Counted from the first letter of the stretch, positions 27,986 through 37,880 are shown. The stretch is DNA of 64,000 nt from Bacillota bacterium (GCA_963928475.1 CAWVFN010000061.1:7208-71207); one strand, 5' to 3'. Numbers and translations are program-made. The notes: generated by a model from the letters alone, not told the origin.

Positions 27986-28639
27986 ATGAATGAACAGGAT
28001 TTATCGGCTTTGATCGCTAAATTAGTTAAAGAACAGCTAGATAAGGCAATGCCGGCGGCGGAAGCTAATATGGTTCCCGTTGGTATTTCCAATCATCATA
28101 TTCATCTTAGCCAGGAAGATTTTGAGACTCTTTTTGGTAAAGGGGCGACGATGACCCATTTTAAGGATCTTTCTCAGCCAGGTCAATTTGCCTGTAAAGA
28201 GGTTATGACCGTGGTTGGTCCTGGCGGTGCTATTGAGCGTGTTCGTCTTTTAGGACCTGCCAGAAAGCAAAGCCAAGTGGAAGTTTCCGTGGCAGACTGC
28301 TTTAAATTGGGGATTCAAGCTCCCTTACGTGATTCAGGAGATCTAACAGGTTCTGCTGGTGTGACACTTGTTGGTCCTAAGGGAAGTGTCACCTTGGATG
28401 AAGGCTGTATTATCGCTATCAAGCATATTCATATGCACACCAGCGACGCCGCAAGACTTGGTTTAAAGGATAAGGACAAGGTCAATGTTAAGACCTGTAC
28501 ACCTCGGGGCATCATCTTCCTGGAAGTTTTGATTCGTGTCAGTGATAATTTCAAACTGGAAATGCACGTTGATATGGATGAAGCCAATGCCGCGTCTTTA
28601 AAGAATGGCGATATGGTGCAGATAATAGGCAAATGTTAA
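27986..28639 (+). CDS. pduL: PduL-type phosphotransacylase with an N-terminal encapsulation-peptide-like helix.
   Basis: Two PduL repeats (GISNHHIHLSQEDF and IAIKHIHMHTSDAARLGL). N-terminus EQDLSALIAKLVKEQL. ATG 27986 follows AAGGGG; the ORF-track start is GTG 27977. Confidence 0.8.
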   Translation: MNEQDLSALIAKLVKEQLDKAMPAAEANMVPVGISNHHIHLSQEDFETLFGKGATMTHFKDLSQPGQFACKEVMTVVGPGGAIERVRLLGPARKQSQVEVSVADCFKLGIQAPLRDSGDLTGSAGVTLVGPKGSVTLDEGCIIAIKHIHMHTSDAARLGLKDKDKVNVKTCTPRGIIFLEVLIRVSDNFKLEMHVDMDEANAASLKNGDMVQIIGKC

Positions 28640-28666
28640 CTAATGAAAATATGTCATAAATAAAAT

Positions 28667-28705
28667 GAGAGGGTATCTTATAGTAGTAAGATACCCTCTT
28701 TAATT
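28667..28705. terminator. Hairpin GAGAGGGTATCTTA-N6-TAAGATACCCTCT followed by TTTAATT, between convergent genes.
   Basis: Perfect 13-bp stem. Confidence 0.65.
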
Positions 28706-28751
28706 ATGTTAAAATTATAATTTTTTTGATTCAAAGGTTGTTTTATTTTAT

Positions 28752-29738
28752 TTAATCGTCATCGGTACTGGCGTGGATATCAATGGCGGTATCAGCCCAG
28801 TCCAGCGGCAGAGTAAGATCAAAGTTATCCATGACCTCTGAATTATAGTAAATATTGCTTTCGCTTATAGTTTCATAGGGTAGCTCTTCAGCGGTAGCTT
28901 CTCCCTTAAGAATTTTTGCTGCCATTATGCCTGTTTCTTTTCCCAGTTCCTCATAATCAATGCCAACGGCGGCAACGCATCCTTTTTTAACCTGCTCTAT
29001 TTCACTGCCGAAGACAGGGACTTGCAGGGCATTAGCTTTATTTAAAATAGTCCTTAAGGAGCCAACCACAGTATTGTCGGTAAGATTGCTGATGCAGTCA
29101 ACTTCCAAAAGGAGATTATCAGCGGCGAGAGGAACATCGGAAGAATTTGAGATTGGGCTTTCCACGATTTCAAAACCATATTGTGGCGCCAGGGCTTTAT
29201 ATTCTTCCAGAGCGGAAAGTGAATTAGCTTCTGAGGTACAGTACATAATGCCTATAGTTTGTGCTTCTGGCAATAAAGTGCGAATTACTTGCAGCTGCTC
29301 TTCCACCGCCAATTTATCACTGGTACCGGTAACATTTCCTTCAGTGAGCGCAGCTGCTTCAGGATCTGTTACAGCCGCGAAAACTGTGGGAATATCTGTT
29401 CCCTCTGTGGCTTTAAGGGCACTTTGAGCCATAGGCGTGGCGATGGCGCAGATCATATCCACCTCCTGAGCTACTAAGCTTTCGGCTGCGTGTTCAGAGG
29501 TTTCGATATCAAATTCGCCATTTTCATAGACGACTTCCAAATTATCACCTCTCACTATACCTTCTTCCTCTAAGCCTTCTAAAAATCCTTTACGGCAGTT
29601 AGATAAGGAAGTATGATCGCCAAATTGAGCGATACCTATTTTATAGGCCATTTCCTCTTCCTCACTATCGTTGTTGCCGCAGGCTGTAAAGGCAAAGAGT
29701 AGAGAACAGCAAAGTAATAAAGCTAATATTTTTTTCAT
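28752..29738 (-). CDS. ABC-transporter substrate-binding lipoprotein (BMP / COG2984-like), orphan (no permease or ATPase nearby).
   Basis: Lipobox LLFAFTAC and a periplasmic-binding-protein fold pattern. 328 aa. Confidence 0.6.
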   Translation of the reverse strand: MKKILALLLCCSLLFAFTACGNNDSEEEEMAYKIGIAQFGDHTSLSNCRKGFLEGLEEEGIVRGDNLEVVYENGEFDIETSEHAAESLVAQEVDMICAIATPMAQSALKATEGTDIPTVFAAVTDPEAAALTEGNVTGTSDKLAVEEQLQVIRTLLPEAQTIGIMYCTSEANSLSALEEYKALAPQYGFEIVESPISNSSDVPLAADNLLLEVDCISNLTDNTVVGSLRTILNKANALQVPVFGSEIEQVKKGCVAAVGIDYEELGKETGIMAAKILKGEATAEELPYETISESNIYYNSEVMDNFDLTLPLDWADTAIDIHASTDDD

Positions 29739-29763
29739 GTTCTTATCTCCTCTTTATAAACTA

Positions 29764-31137
29764 TTAAATGCGGGGGAGAGAAGCAAAACCTTTCTCAAGA
29801 TCCTCATCAGTGGGTACAAAATCCTGCATTTCACCATTATTATAGGACATATAAGCTGTCATGTCAAAGTAACCTGTACCGGTAAGTCCGAAAACAATTT
29901 TTTTCTTTTCTCCGGTTTCTTTACATTTTATGGCTTCATCCATAGCTACCTTAATAGCGTGGCTGGATTCTGGCGCCGGCAAAGTTCCTTCGCAGCGAGC
30001 GAAGGTAGTAGCGGCTTCAAAGACTTCGCTTTGTTTAACGGAAACAGCGCTCATATAGCCATCGTGATAGAGTTTGGATACTATAGGACTCATGCCATGA
30101 TAGCGTAAGCCGCCGGCATGATTAGGAGAGGGCATAAAACCGCTGCCTAAAGTATACATTTTCATAAGTGGCGTTGTTTTTCCTGTATCGCCGAAATCCA
30201 GGGCATATTTGCCTCTGGTTAGGGAAGGACAGGAGGCCGGTTCAACAGCGATAAATTCAATATTATTTTTACCTTCTATTTTATCTGCCATATAGGGTGA
30301 GATAAGACCGCCTAAATTGGAACCGCCGCCGGCACAGCCGATGATAATATCAGGTTCCACGTCATATTTTTCTAAAGCTGTTTTTAACTCGATTCCGATA
30401 ATGGATTGATGTAATATTACATGGTTAAGTACACTGCCTAAAACATAGCGGCAGTTATCGGTTTTTAAAGCTGTTTCCATAGCTTCGGAAATGGCGCAGC
30501 CTAAGGAGCCGCCGGTTTCGGGATTTTCCGCTAAGATTTTTCTGCCTGCTTCTGTGGTATCCGAGGGGGAAGGGATAACTTTACCGCCGTAGGTTTCAAT
30601 AACAGCTTTACGATAAGGTTTTTGCTGGGCGGAAACTTTTACCATATAGACGGTGAGATCTATACCATAAAAAGCGCAGGCCATAGCTAAAGCCGTGCCC
30701 CATTGTCCGGCTCCTGTTTCAGTGGTCAGGGATGTTAATCCTTGTTCTTTAGCGTAATAGACCTGAGCGGCGGCGGAATTTAATTTATGAGAGCCGGAGG
30801 TATTATTTCCCTCAAACTTATAATAAATTTCCGCTGGCGTATCTAAGATTCGTTCTAAGTTATAGGCTCTGGTTACTGGGGAGGGACGATACATTTTATA
30901 GAAATTCTGTATTTCCTCGGGGATTTCTATATAGCGGTCATCGTTATTTAATTCCTGTTCTATAAGAGCGTCGCAAAATACTGGTTTTAGATCCTGTGCT
31001 GTACAAGCTTTGCCAGTGGCGGGATTAATAAAGGGTTCTGGTTTTTCTTTCATTGCCGCTCTGACGTTAAACCAGCTTGTAGGCATCTCGTTTTCTTCTA
31101 AAAATATTTTGTAGGGTACTTTTGTCATCTTTTTCAT
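29764..31137 (-). CDS. TrpB2-type tryptophan synthase beta-like PLP enzyme.
   Basis: PLP lysine region FEGNNTSGSHKLN and the GGGSN glycine loop, about 450 aa. Start ATG 31137 after AAAGAAAGG; the ORF-track start is further upstream. Confidence 0.75.
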   Translation of the reverse strand: MKKMTKVPYKIFLEENEMPTSWFNVRAAMKEKPEPFINPATGKACTAQDLKPVFCDALIEQELNNDDRYIEIPEEIQNFYKMYRPSPVTRAYNLERILDTPAEIYYKFEGNNTSGSHKLNSAAAQVYYAKEQGLTSLTTETGAGQWGTALAMACAFYGIDLTVYMVKVSAQQKPYRKAVIETYGGKVIPSPSDTTEAGRKILAENPETGGSLGCAISEAMETALKTDNCRYVLGSVLNHVILHQSIIGIELKTALEKYDVEPDIIIGCAGGGSNLGGLISPYMADKIEGKNNIEFIAVEPASCPSLTRGKYALDFGDTGKTTPLMKMYTLGSGFMPSPNHAGGLRYHGMSPIVSKLYHDGYMSAVSVKQSEVFEAATTFARCEGTLPAPESSHAIKVAMDEAIKCKETGEKKKIVFGLTGTGYFDMTAYMSYNNGEMQDFVPTDEDLEKGFASLPRI

Positions 31138-31189
31138 CCTTTCTTTGGGTTGCTTTCCCAATGTAAATTTTTTAGTACCTGTCATGGTA

Positions 31190-31500
31190 TAGAAGATTTC
31201 GGGATAAAAGCGGCAAATAAAAAAATCTTTGTCCTTCTAAGGGACAAAGACTATATCTCTGCGGTACCACCCAAATTGCCTTTTACGGCCTCTTCTTTCA
31301 TATACCATCATATATGCCGCCTTGATAACGGGCACGGTTCCCGTCAGCGCCTACTTCCTTTTGGTTTCGGGCTGCCCTCGAAAGTCCATTCACCGATACC
31401 ACGCATATCCCACTTCCAGCAACGGGGACTCTCTGTTTGCGCTTTTGTGACGGTTACTACTCTTTCTCATCAGTTTAAGCATTTAATTGTTAAACATGAT
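31190..31500 (-). promoter_or_regulatory. T-box riboswitch leader (probable Trp specifier UGG) with a terminator hairpin, upstream of trpB2.
   Basis: Minus-strand read shows the conserved T-box AAUUUGGGUGGUACCGCAG (forward 31260-31278) and the terminator UCUUUGUCCCUUAGAAGGACAAAGA plus U7. Also present: a UGAUGA...AGAGUAG Stem-I GA/AGVGA motif, GCUGGA (UGG then A) in a specifier-like position, and a GCCCGUUA F-box. Sigma-70 promoter TTGACA-N17-TATCAT at 31496-31524. Confidence 0.7.
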
Positions 31501-31787
31501 ACCCTTATTTTTTATTTTTGTCAAGAGGTAATAAAAATTTTTTTTATTTCCGGTTATGGTTTTGTATTATTCATCATAGAATAGGGTTTGATTGTTATTT
31601 TTCCATTGTGATCATAGAATCAGTTTATACTGGCAGTTTAGCAATAGAGCCTTTTAAAAGGCAGTAGTCTGACAAGGACTTTGCCTTTGTCTGTAGAATT
31701 AATAAAGATAGAATTATAATAGCAAAACACGGGTGATATTTTTCAATAGTTTAGGTTAGTTGCTGGTCTTGGAGGTCATATAAAGCA

Positions 31788-32465
31788 ATGATTTTAGAAA
31801 AGAAGTCTTCATATTTGAATTTAAAAAATATTAAGTTAGATGAGAACCAAGAAAAGGTTTTTGGTTCCTTACAGGAGTATTTAGAAATGTGTCATTTGTA
31901 CAGAGCCGCCATGAGTGAACTCGGTACGAAATTAGAAAATTTAGATGAAGAATTTCATATTTGTTATGATCGCAATCCCATACATCACATGGAATCGCGT
32001 TTAAAGTCTCCACAAAGTATCATCAATAAACTTGAAAAGAAGGGCCGGGAGATAAGTTTAGCCTCAGCCAAAAAAAATATTACGGATATAGCTGGTATAA
32101 GGGTCATATGTTATTATATTCAGGATATTTATTCCTTAGTTGATCTTTTAGTAGCCAGAGGCGATATTTGTCTGATAGGTAAAGCTGACTATATAGAGGC
32201 GCCTAAGGCTACAGGCTACCGCAGTGTACATTTAGATGTTTCTGTACCTGTTTGTATGGCAGGCAAGACAGAAGATGTGCCGGTGGAAATTCAGATACGC
32301 ACCATAGCCATGGATTTTTGGGCCAGTTTAGAGCATCAGCTGAGATATAAAGCCCCGGAAAAGGTTCCTGTTTTACTAAGGGCTCAGCTTAAGGACTGCG
32401 CTCAGACTATTGCTGATATAGACAGAAAAATGGAGGAAATATATTTGGAATTGAAAAATCTTTAA
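31788..32465 (+). CDS. Small alarmone synthetase (RelA/SpoT-domain (p)ppGpp synthetase, RelQ/RelP-like).
   Basis: Synthetase-domain motifs DIAGIRVICYY and RSVHLDV. 225 aa. Confidence 0.8.
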   Translation: MILEKKSSYLNLKNIKLDENQEKVFGSLQEYLEMCHLYRAAMSELGTKLENLDEEFHICYDRNPIHHMESRLKSPQSIINKLEKKGREISLASAKKNITDIAGIRVICYYIQDIYSLVDLLVARGDICLIGKADYIEAPKATGYRSVHLDVSVPVCMAGKTEDVPVEIQIRTIAMDFWASLEHQLRYKAPEKVPVLLRAQLKDCAQTIADIDRKMEEIYLELKNL

Positions 32466-32504
32466 GCGCCTTTGCTGCGGGGTAATTTGTTTAACGTCTC
32501 ATTA

Positions 32505-32545
32505 TTAGAGAGGATATGACATTAATGTCATATCCTCTTTTTTTA
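32505..32545 (+). terminator. Hairpin AGAGAGGATATGACATT/AATGTCATATCCTCT followed by a T7 run.
   Basis: Perfect 15-bp stem. Confidence 0.7.
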
Positions 32546-32713
32546 TTATTGGTTTTCTGTTGTTTTGTAATGATAGTCAAGGATTTAGGTCAGCGCTGTG
32601 GCTAAAATCTTAGTTTTATACAGTTAGCGGAGATATGACAGTATGCAGTGGGGGAACAGATAATAAGAAGATAAAAGCGAAAATAGTAAAGTAAGTTTTG
32701 CTGTCTGGGTTTA

Positions 32714-33613
32714 TTAGGAAAAAGCTGAGCTAAAGTCATCTTTAGCCAAATTGATAAAGGTTTTTAAGCGTGGTTGTCCCGCCAATTTTTTATAGTAGAC
32801 GCCATAAGATATGGGTTCCCCGTCCTTAATTGGTATACAAGCGAGACTTGGATCATGGATGGGGATATTTTTTGGTATAATCGCTGTGCCATACCCTCCT
32901 ATACTGAGTGTAACAGCGGTTTCTGCTGAGTCGCAGAGAAAAAAATCCAAAATAGACCTGTCTTCAATGGCTTGATGTTGTACCTGCCTTAAGGCATCGG
33001 GGCATTTCCAAGGTTCCATGACAATTAAAGTTTCTTTTTTTAATTCCTCCATCTGGACAGCGGACTTTTTAGCTAAAGGATGGTTAGCTGAAGTTACCGC
33101 CATTATCGGTATTTTGGCTAACTCGGCGTATTTAAAATATTTTTTTAAGCCTTTATCCTGGAAAGTCACGATCACATCTAAGCTTTCTTCCATTAACTGC
33201 TGATAGATATGTCGAAAAGGTATAACCTGAAATATTGGATAGATATCAGGAAATAGGTTGTGCATTTCTTGCAGTACCTGGGCAAATTGGCGGATTTCGT
33301 TATGGGCGTGACAGCCTATCACAAATTTTACTCTGGTATCTTCAAAGGAATCAGCTCCTCGTTTTTTAGCTCCTTCTAAAATTTGGATCACGTTTTTTGC
33401 GTCATTTATAAAAAAAAGACCAGCTCTGGTTAGTTCGACTGTCCTTGTTGTCCGATTGAATAATTTAAAGTTAAGTTCTGCCTCTAAGGAGCGTATTTGC
33501 TGAGTAACAGCTGGCTGGGTGATGTTTAACTGCTGAGCGGCTTTGGCAAAATTGAGAGTTTCGGCAACAGTTAAAAAACAAGTGAGCTGTGTCGTATTCA
33601 TAATATATACCAC
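32714..33613 (-). CDS. LysR-family transcriptional regulator.
   Basis: N-terminal HTH LNFAKAAQQLNITQPAVTQQIRSLE. 299 aa. Divergent from the ABC exporter genes. Confidence 0.85.
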   Translation of the reverse strand: MVYIMNTTQLTCFLTVAETLNFAKAAQQLNITQPAVTQQIRSLEAELNFKLFNRTTRTVELTRAGLFFINDAKNVIQILEGAKKRGADSFEDTRVKFVIGCHAHNEIRQFAQVLQEMHNLFPDIYPIFQVIPFRHIYQQLMEESLDVIVTFQDKGLKKYFKYAELAKIPIMAVTSANHPLAKKSAVQMEELKKETLIVMEPWKCPDALRQVQHQAIEDRSILDFFLCDSAETAVTLSIGGYGTAIIPKNIPIHDPSLACIPIKDGEPISYGVYYKKLAGQPRLKTFINLAKDDFSSAFS

Positions 33614-34077
33614 CTATATATTAATAATAATTATTTATTAATTATAACATATTCTAAATTCACTTTCAACGCTAAATACCTTATCATATTTATAGGGGAT
33701 TATATTATTATACCTCTAATAGATATATTTTAATAAGTGGCTATTTATATTTTTAAGCAACCATTATAGCTGTAAAGGCAAACTACTTATGCTCTGCCTT
33801 TACTGAGGATATTATTGGAGAAAACTCATCTTCACCTTTGGGGATTCTAAGATAGCTTTTTCTTGTTAAGGCTATCAGGGAAATCTATTTTTATTAACGT
33901 CAGAAAGTGCGGTTTAAGTAAATTTCTGTTTAAGGGAAGAAGGGTGAGAAATTTATTAGCTTAGTCTCAATGCTTGTTAGTTCATTGTTTTACTCTATTT
34001 TTTTGAGGCTGTGAGAGGAGTGATTTTCAGAGATATTGTAATGATTTAAATTGTAAATAAGGAGCTTAGTTATTGCT

Positions 34078-35838
34078 ATGTTAAGACTACTTAGATATTT
34101 AAAGGATTATAAAAAGAATGCGGTTTTAACTCCGCTTTTAGTCATATTTGAAACAGTGGGTGAATTATTGTTAACTTTGACTATAGGTCGTTTTATTGAT
34201 GAGTTAGCTAATTCCAGCGCCAATATGACTATGATTTGCCGTTATGGCCTTGTATTATTGGTTATAGCCTTATTTTGTTTTGTCTTTGGCACTCTTTCTG
34301 GCTGGGAATCGGTTAAAGCTGCGGCTGGTTTAGCGAAAAACTTGCGTAATAAGATGTTTGGTCAAATTCAAGATTTTTCCTTTACCAATATAGATAAATT
34401 TTCCGCCAACAGCTTGGTAACCCGTATGACTACCGATGTTACCAATTTACAAAACGCCTTTATGATGACGTTACGAGTAGCGGCCAAATCACCGGTTTCC
34501 ATAATTTGCGCCTTAATAATGGCTTTTCACACAAATTGGCGTTTAGGGCTTATTTATATTGTTTTAATTCCCTGTTTATTTATAGGTCTCATTATCATTG
34601 CCAGATTGACCTACCCAATTTTTCAGCGGGTGTTCAGAACCTATGACCGTTTAAACGGTATAGTAAGGGAAAATTTGCATGGTATTCGTGTTGTTAAGGG
34701 CTTTGTCCGTGAAGACTATGAGTCTGTAAAATTTGAAAATGTTTCTGGTGAAATCAGAAAGGATTTCACCAAAGCTGAGACTTTAATAGCCTTTAACCCT
34801 TTTATGATGCAATTTTCCATATACCTTTCCCTAATTTTGATTGCCTGGTTTTCCGCTAAAGCCATTGTTGGTTCAGCTAACGGCACTGTGGTTACTGGTA
34901 TAGCCATGACCACAGGCGAGCTGCAGAATATGATTACCTATTCCATGATGATCTTGATGTCTCTGATGATGTTATCCTTAATTTATGTGATGATGATGAT
35001 GTCACGTGAATCAGTACATAGGATTAAGGAAGTATTGGCGGAAGAACCTAATATTAAGGCCCCGGAACAAGGTTTAAGGGAAGTAAGAGATGGTGAGATC
35101 ATTTTTAATAACATAGGATTTAGTTATAGCGGAGACGCTCATAAGCTTTGTTTAAGTGATATTAACTTACATATTGCTTCCGGTGAGACTATTGGCATTA
35201 TTGGTGGTACCGGTTCAGGTAAAACCTCATTAATTCAGTTAATCCCCAGACTTTATGACGTAACATTAGGCAGTATAAAAGTAGGCGGTAGAGATATAAG
35301 GGATTATGATTTGACCTCTCTGCGTAAGGCTGTAGCTGTTGTACCCCAAAAGAATCTTCTTTTTGCCGACACGATAAAGGAAAATTTGCGCTGGGGTAAA
35401 GCCGATGCTACTGACGAGGAGATAGTTGCCGTTTGCAAGCAGGCTCAAGCTCATGATTTTATCAGCGCCTTTCCAGATGGCTATGATACTTACATTGAGC
35501 AAGGCGGTACAAATGTTTCTGGAGGTCAGAAACAGAGGCTGTGTATCGCCAGGGCCTTACTTAAGGAGCCTAAGGTTTTAATTTTGGATGATTCGACCAG
35601 CGCTGTTGATACTAAGACCGATGCCTTAATACGTCAAGCTTTTCGTTCTTATATTCCGGAGACCACAAAAATTATTATTGCCCAGAGAGTTTCTTCGGTA
35701 CAGGATGCAGATAGAATCATTGTTATGTCGGGCGGCAGGATCAGCGCGGTAGGCAAACATGATGAGCTTCTGGCCTCCAGTGATATTTATCGGGAAGTTT
35801 ATGAATCCCAGTTGAAAGGAGGCGGTACAGATGAGTAA
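34078..35838 (+). CDS. ABC exporter, fused permease-ATPase (heterodimer partner 1).
   Basis: Six TM helices followed by Walker A GGTGSGKTS, signature LSGGQKQR and Walker B ILDDSTSAVD. Confidence 0.85.
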   Translation: MLRLLRYLKDYKKNAVLTPLLVIFETVGELLLTLTIGRFIDELANSSANMTMICRYGLVLLVIALFCFVFGTLSGWESVKAAAGLAKNLRNKMFGQIQDFSFTNIDKFSANSLVTRMTTDVTNLQNAFMMTLRVAAKSPVSIICALIMAFHTNWRLGLIYIVLIPCLFIGLIIIARLTYPIFQRVFRTYDRLNGIVRENLHGIRVVKGFVREDYESVKFENVSGEIRKDFTKAETLIAFNPFMMQFSIYLSLILIAWFSAKAIVGSANGTVVTGIAMTTGELQNMITYSMMILMSLMMLSLIYVMMMMSRESVHRIKEVLAEEPNIKAPEQGLREVRDGEIIFNNIGFSYSGDAHKLCLSDINLHIASGETIGIIGGTGSGKTSLIQLIPRLYDVTLGSIKVGGRDIRDYDLTSLRKAVAVVPQKNLLFADTIKENLRWGKADATDEEIVAVCKQAQAHDFISAFPDGYDTYIEQGGTNVSGGQKQRLCIARALLKEPKVLILDDSTSAVDTKTDALIRQAFRSYIPETTKIIIAQRVSSVQDADRIIVMSGGRISAVGKHDELLASSDIYREVYESQLKGGGTDE

Positions 35839-37693
35839 ATTACAAAAGGGAACAGTGGCTCGTTTGCTGTCATATATTACTAAGCGTCATAAAAAAGAGT
35901 TTACTTTTGTGGTATTGTGTATTCTCATCAGCGTAAGTGCCGCTATGATTGGCAGTCTTTTTATACAGATCATAATCGATGACTATATTTGGGGCATGCT
36001 GGAAACCGGTGAGAATATGTTTGATGGTCTTTTCTTTGTTTTAGTGCTTATGGCCATCGTTTATCTTTTGGGTGCCATTGGTACGTTGTTCTATAATAGG
36101 GTAATAGCTATAGTAGGTCAAAAAGTTTTAAAGGAGATAAGGGATGATCTGTTTATAAAAATGCAGACCCTGCCTTTAAGTTATTTTGATACCCATACCC
36201 ATGGTGATATCATGAGTGTATATACCAATGATACCGACACTTTGCGTCAGTTTATAGCGCAGAGTTTACCTATGATGATTTCTTCGTTAGTAACTATAGT
36301 TTTTTCTTTTTGTGTTATGATTTATTTCAATGTAGTGTTAGCGTTTATTGTTTTGCTTTTATCTCTTATTATGATTTTAACCGGCAGAGTTATGGTAAAA
36401 CACAGCGGTGCTTATTTTACCAAGCAGCAGTCATCCATGGGCAAAGTTGACGGTTATATTGAAGAGATATTTAGCGGTCTTAAGGTGGTAAAGATATTCT
36501 GTCATGAGGATGCGGCAAAAGAGAGATTAGGAGAGCTTAATAGCGAATTATATGATAATTCTTTGATGGCCGGCGGTATTTCCATGGTAATGATGCCGGT
36601 AATGTCGGCCTTTGGTAATTTGCAATACTTGATTGTTGCCGTGGTCGGCGGCGGCATGGCTTTATTTGGCACTGGTATTGTTACCACAACCATAGGTACT
36701 TTGATATCTTTTTTAAGTTTGGTACGTCAGTTTTCCACCTCCATTACCCAAACAGCTCAACAGATGAACAGTGCTGTTTTAGGTATTGCCGGAGCCGGCC
36801 GGATTTTTGAGTTAATGGACAATGAGTCAGAAAAGGATAATGGTTATGTAACATTAGTACGGGTAAAAGAGGAAAAGGGCGAATTAAGAGAATGCAGCCA
36901 TGGCGGCATATACGCCTGGAAAGAGACGGGTGATGATGGCTCTGTAACCTATACCCAGCTGCAGGGAAATGTGGTTTTTGACCATGTTAATTTCAGTTAT
37001 GACGGCAGAAAAACAGTGCTCCATGATATTTCTCTTTACGCCAAACCTGGTCAGAAAATAGCTTTAGTTGGTGCTACCGGTGCTGGTAAAACTACGATCA
37101 CGAATTTGATTAACCGTTTTTATGACTTATCCGAGGGAACAATAACTTATGATGGTATTGATATTACCAAGATTAAAAAGGCGGATTTACGCAGATCCCT
37201 GGGTATTGTTTTGCAGGATGTAAATCTTTTTACCGGCACTATCCTGGATAATATCCGTTATGGCCGTTTAGAAGCCACCGATGAAGAGTGTATAGCGGCG
37301 GCAAAATTATCTGGGGCTGATGATTTTATAAGGCGTCTTCCTCAAGGTTATCAAACTGTTATTGTAGGTGATAACAATAATCTTTCTCAGGGTCAGTGTC
37401 AGCTTCTTTCCATTGCCCGGGCAGCTGTGGCCGATCCTCCTGTTATGATTTTGGATGAAGCCACTTCCTCCATTGATACCAGGACAGAAGAGTTGGTACA
37501 AAAAGGCATGGATAGGCTGATGCAGGGGAGAACCGTATTTGTTATTGCCCACAGATTATCGACAGTCAGAAATTCTCAAGCCATCATGGTCTTGTCATAT
37601 GGTGAAATTATTGAACGAGGCAGCCATGAGCAGTTACTTGCGGCCAAGGGACAGTACTATCAGCTCTATACCGGTGCTTTTGAATTGGAGTAA
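35831..37693 (+). CDS. ABC exporter, fused permease-ATPase (heterodimer partner 2).
   Basis: TM domain followed by Walker A GATGAGKTT and a degenerate signature LSQGQCQL. Overlaps the upstream gene by 8 bp. Confidence 0.85.
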   Translation: MSKLQKGTVARLLSYITKRHKKEFTFVVLCILISVSAAMIGSLFIQIIIDDYIWGMLETGENMFDGLFFVLVLMAIVYLLGAIGTLFYNRVIAIVGQKVLKEIRDDLFIKMQTLPLSYFDTHTHGDIMSVYTNDTDTLRQFIAQSLPMMISSLVTIVFSFCVMIYFNVVLAFIVLLLSLIMILTGRVMVKHSGAYFTKQQSSMGKVDGYIEEIFSGLKVVKIFCHEDAAKERLGELNSELYDNSLMAGGISMVMMPVMSAFGNLQYLIVAVVGGGMALFGTGIVTTTIGTLISFLSLVRQFSTSITQTAQQMNSAVLGIAGAGRIFELMDNESEKDNGYVTLVRVKEEKGELRECSHGGIYAWKETGDDGSVTYTQLQGNVVFDHVNFSYDGRKTVLHDISLYAKPGQKIALVGATGAGKTTITNLINRFYDLSEGTITYDGIDITKIKKADLRRSLGIVLQDVNLFTGTILDNIRYGRLEATDEECIAAAKLSGADDFIRRLPQGYQTVIVGDNNNLSQGQCQLLSIARAAVADPPVMILDEATSSIDTRTEELVQKGMDRLMQGRTVFVIAHRLSTVRNSQAIMVLSYGEIIERGSHEQLLAAKGQYYQLYTGAFELE

Positions 37694-37837
37694 CAATATT
37701 TAGCAGCTGCCTGTCAAAGCTGATATAATTTTTAGTCTTGGCAAGAAGGAGGTATTTCCCTCCTCTGGCTTTAGTCTATGAGCATCGACTGGGCTTGATA
37801 TGAGGTAAACAGCAGAATGCCTCGACTTTAACCCAAG

Positions 37838-37880
37838 TAAAAACAGCCTGTCCTTAATAACGGCAGGCTGTTTATGTATT
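37838..37880. terminator. Hairpin AAACAGCCTGTCC-N7-GGCAGGCTGTTT between the ABC operon and the convergent typA.
   Basis: 12-bp stem with one mismatch, followed by a T-rich tail. Confidence 0.5.

Noticed and set aside
31150-31584. A 144-aa ORF on the plus strand.
   Set aside because: It lies over the minus-strand T-box leader and promoter of trpB2 and has no SD. It is an accidental open frame.
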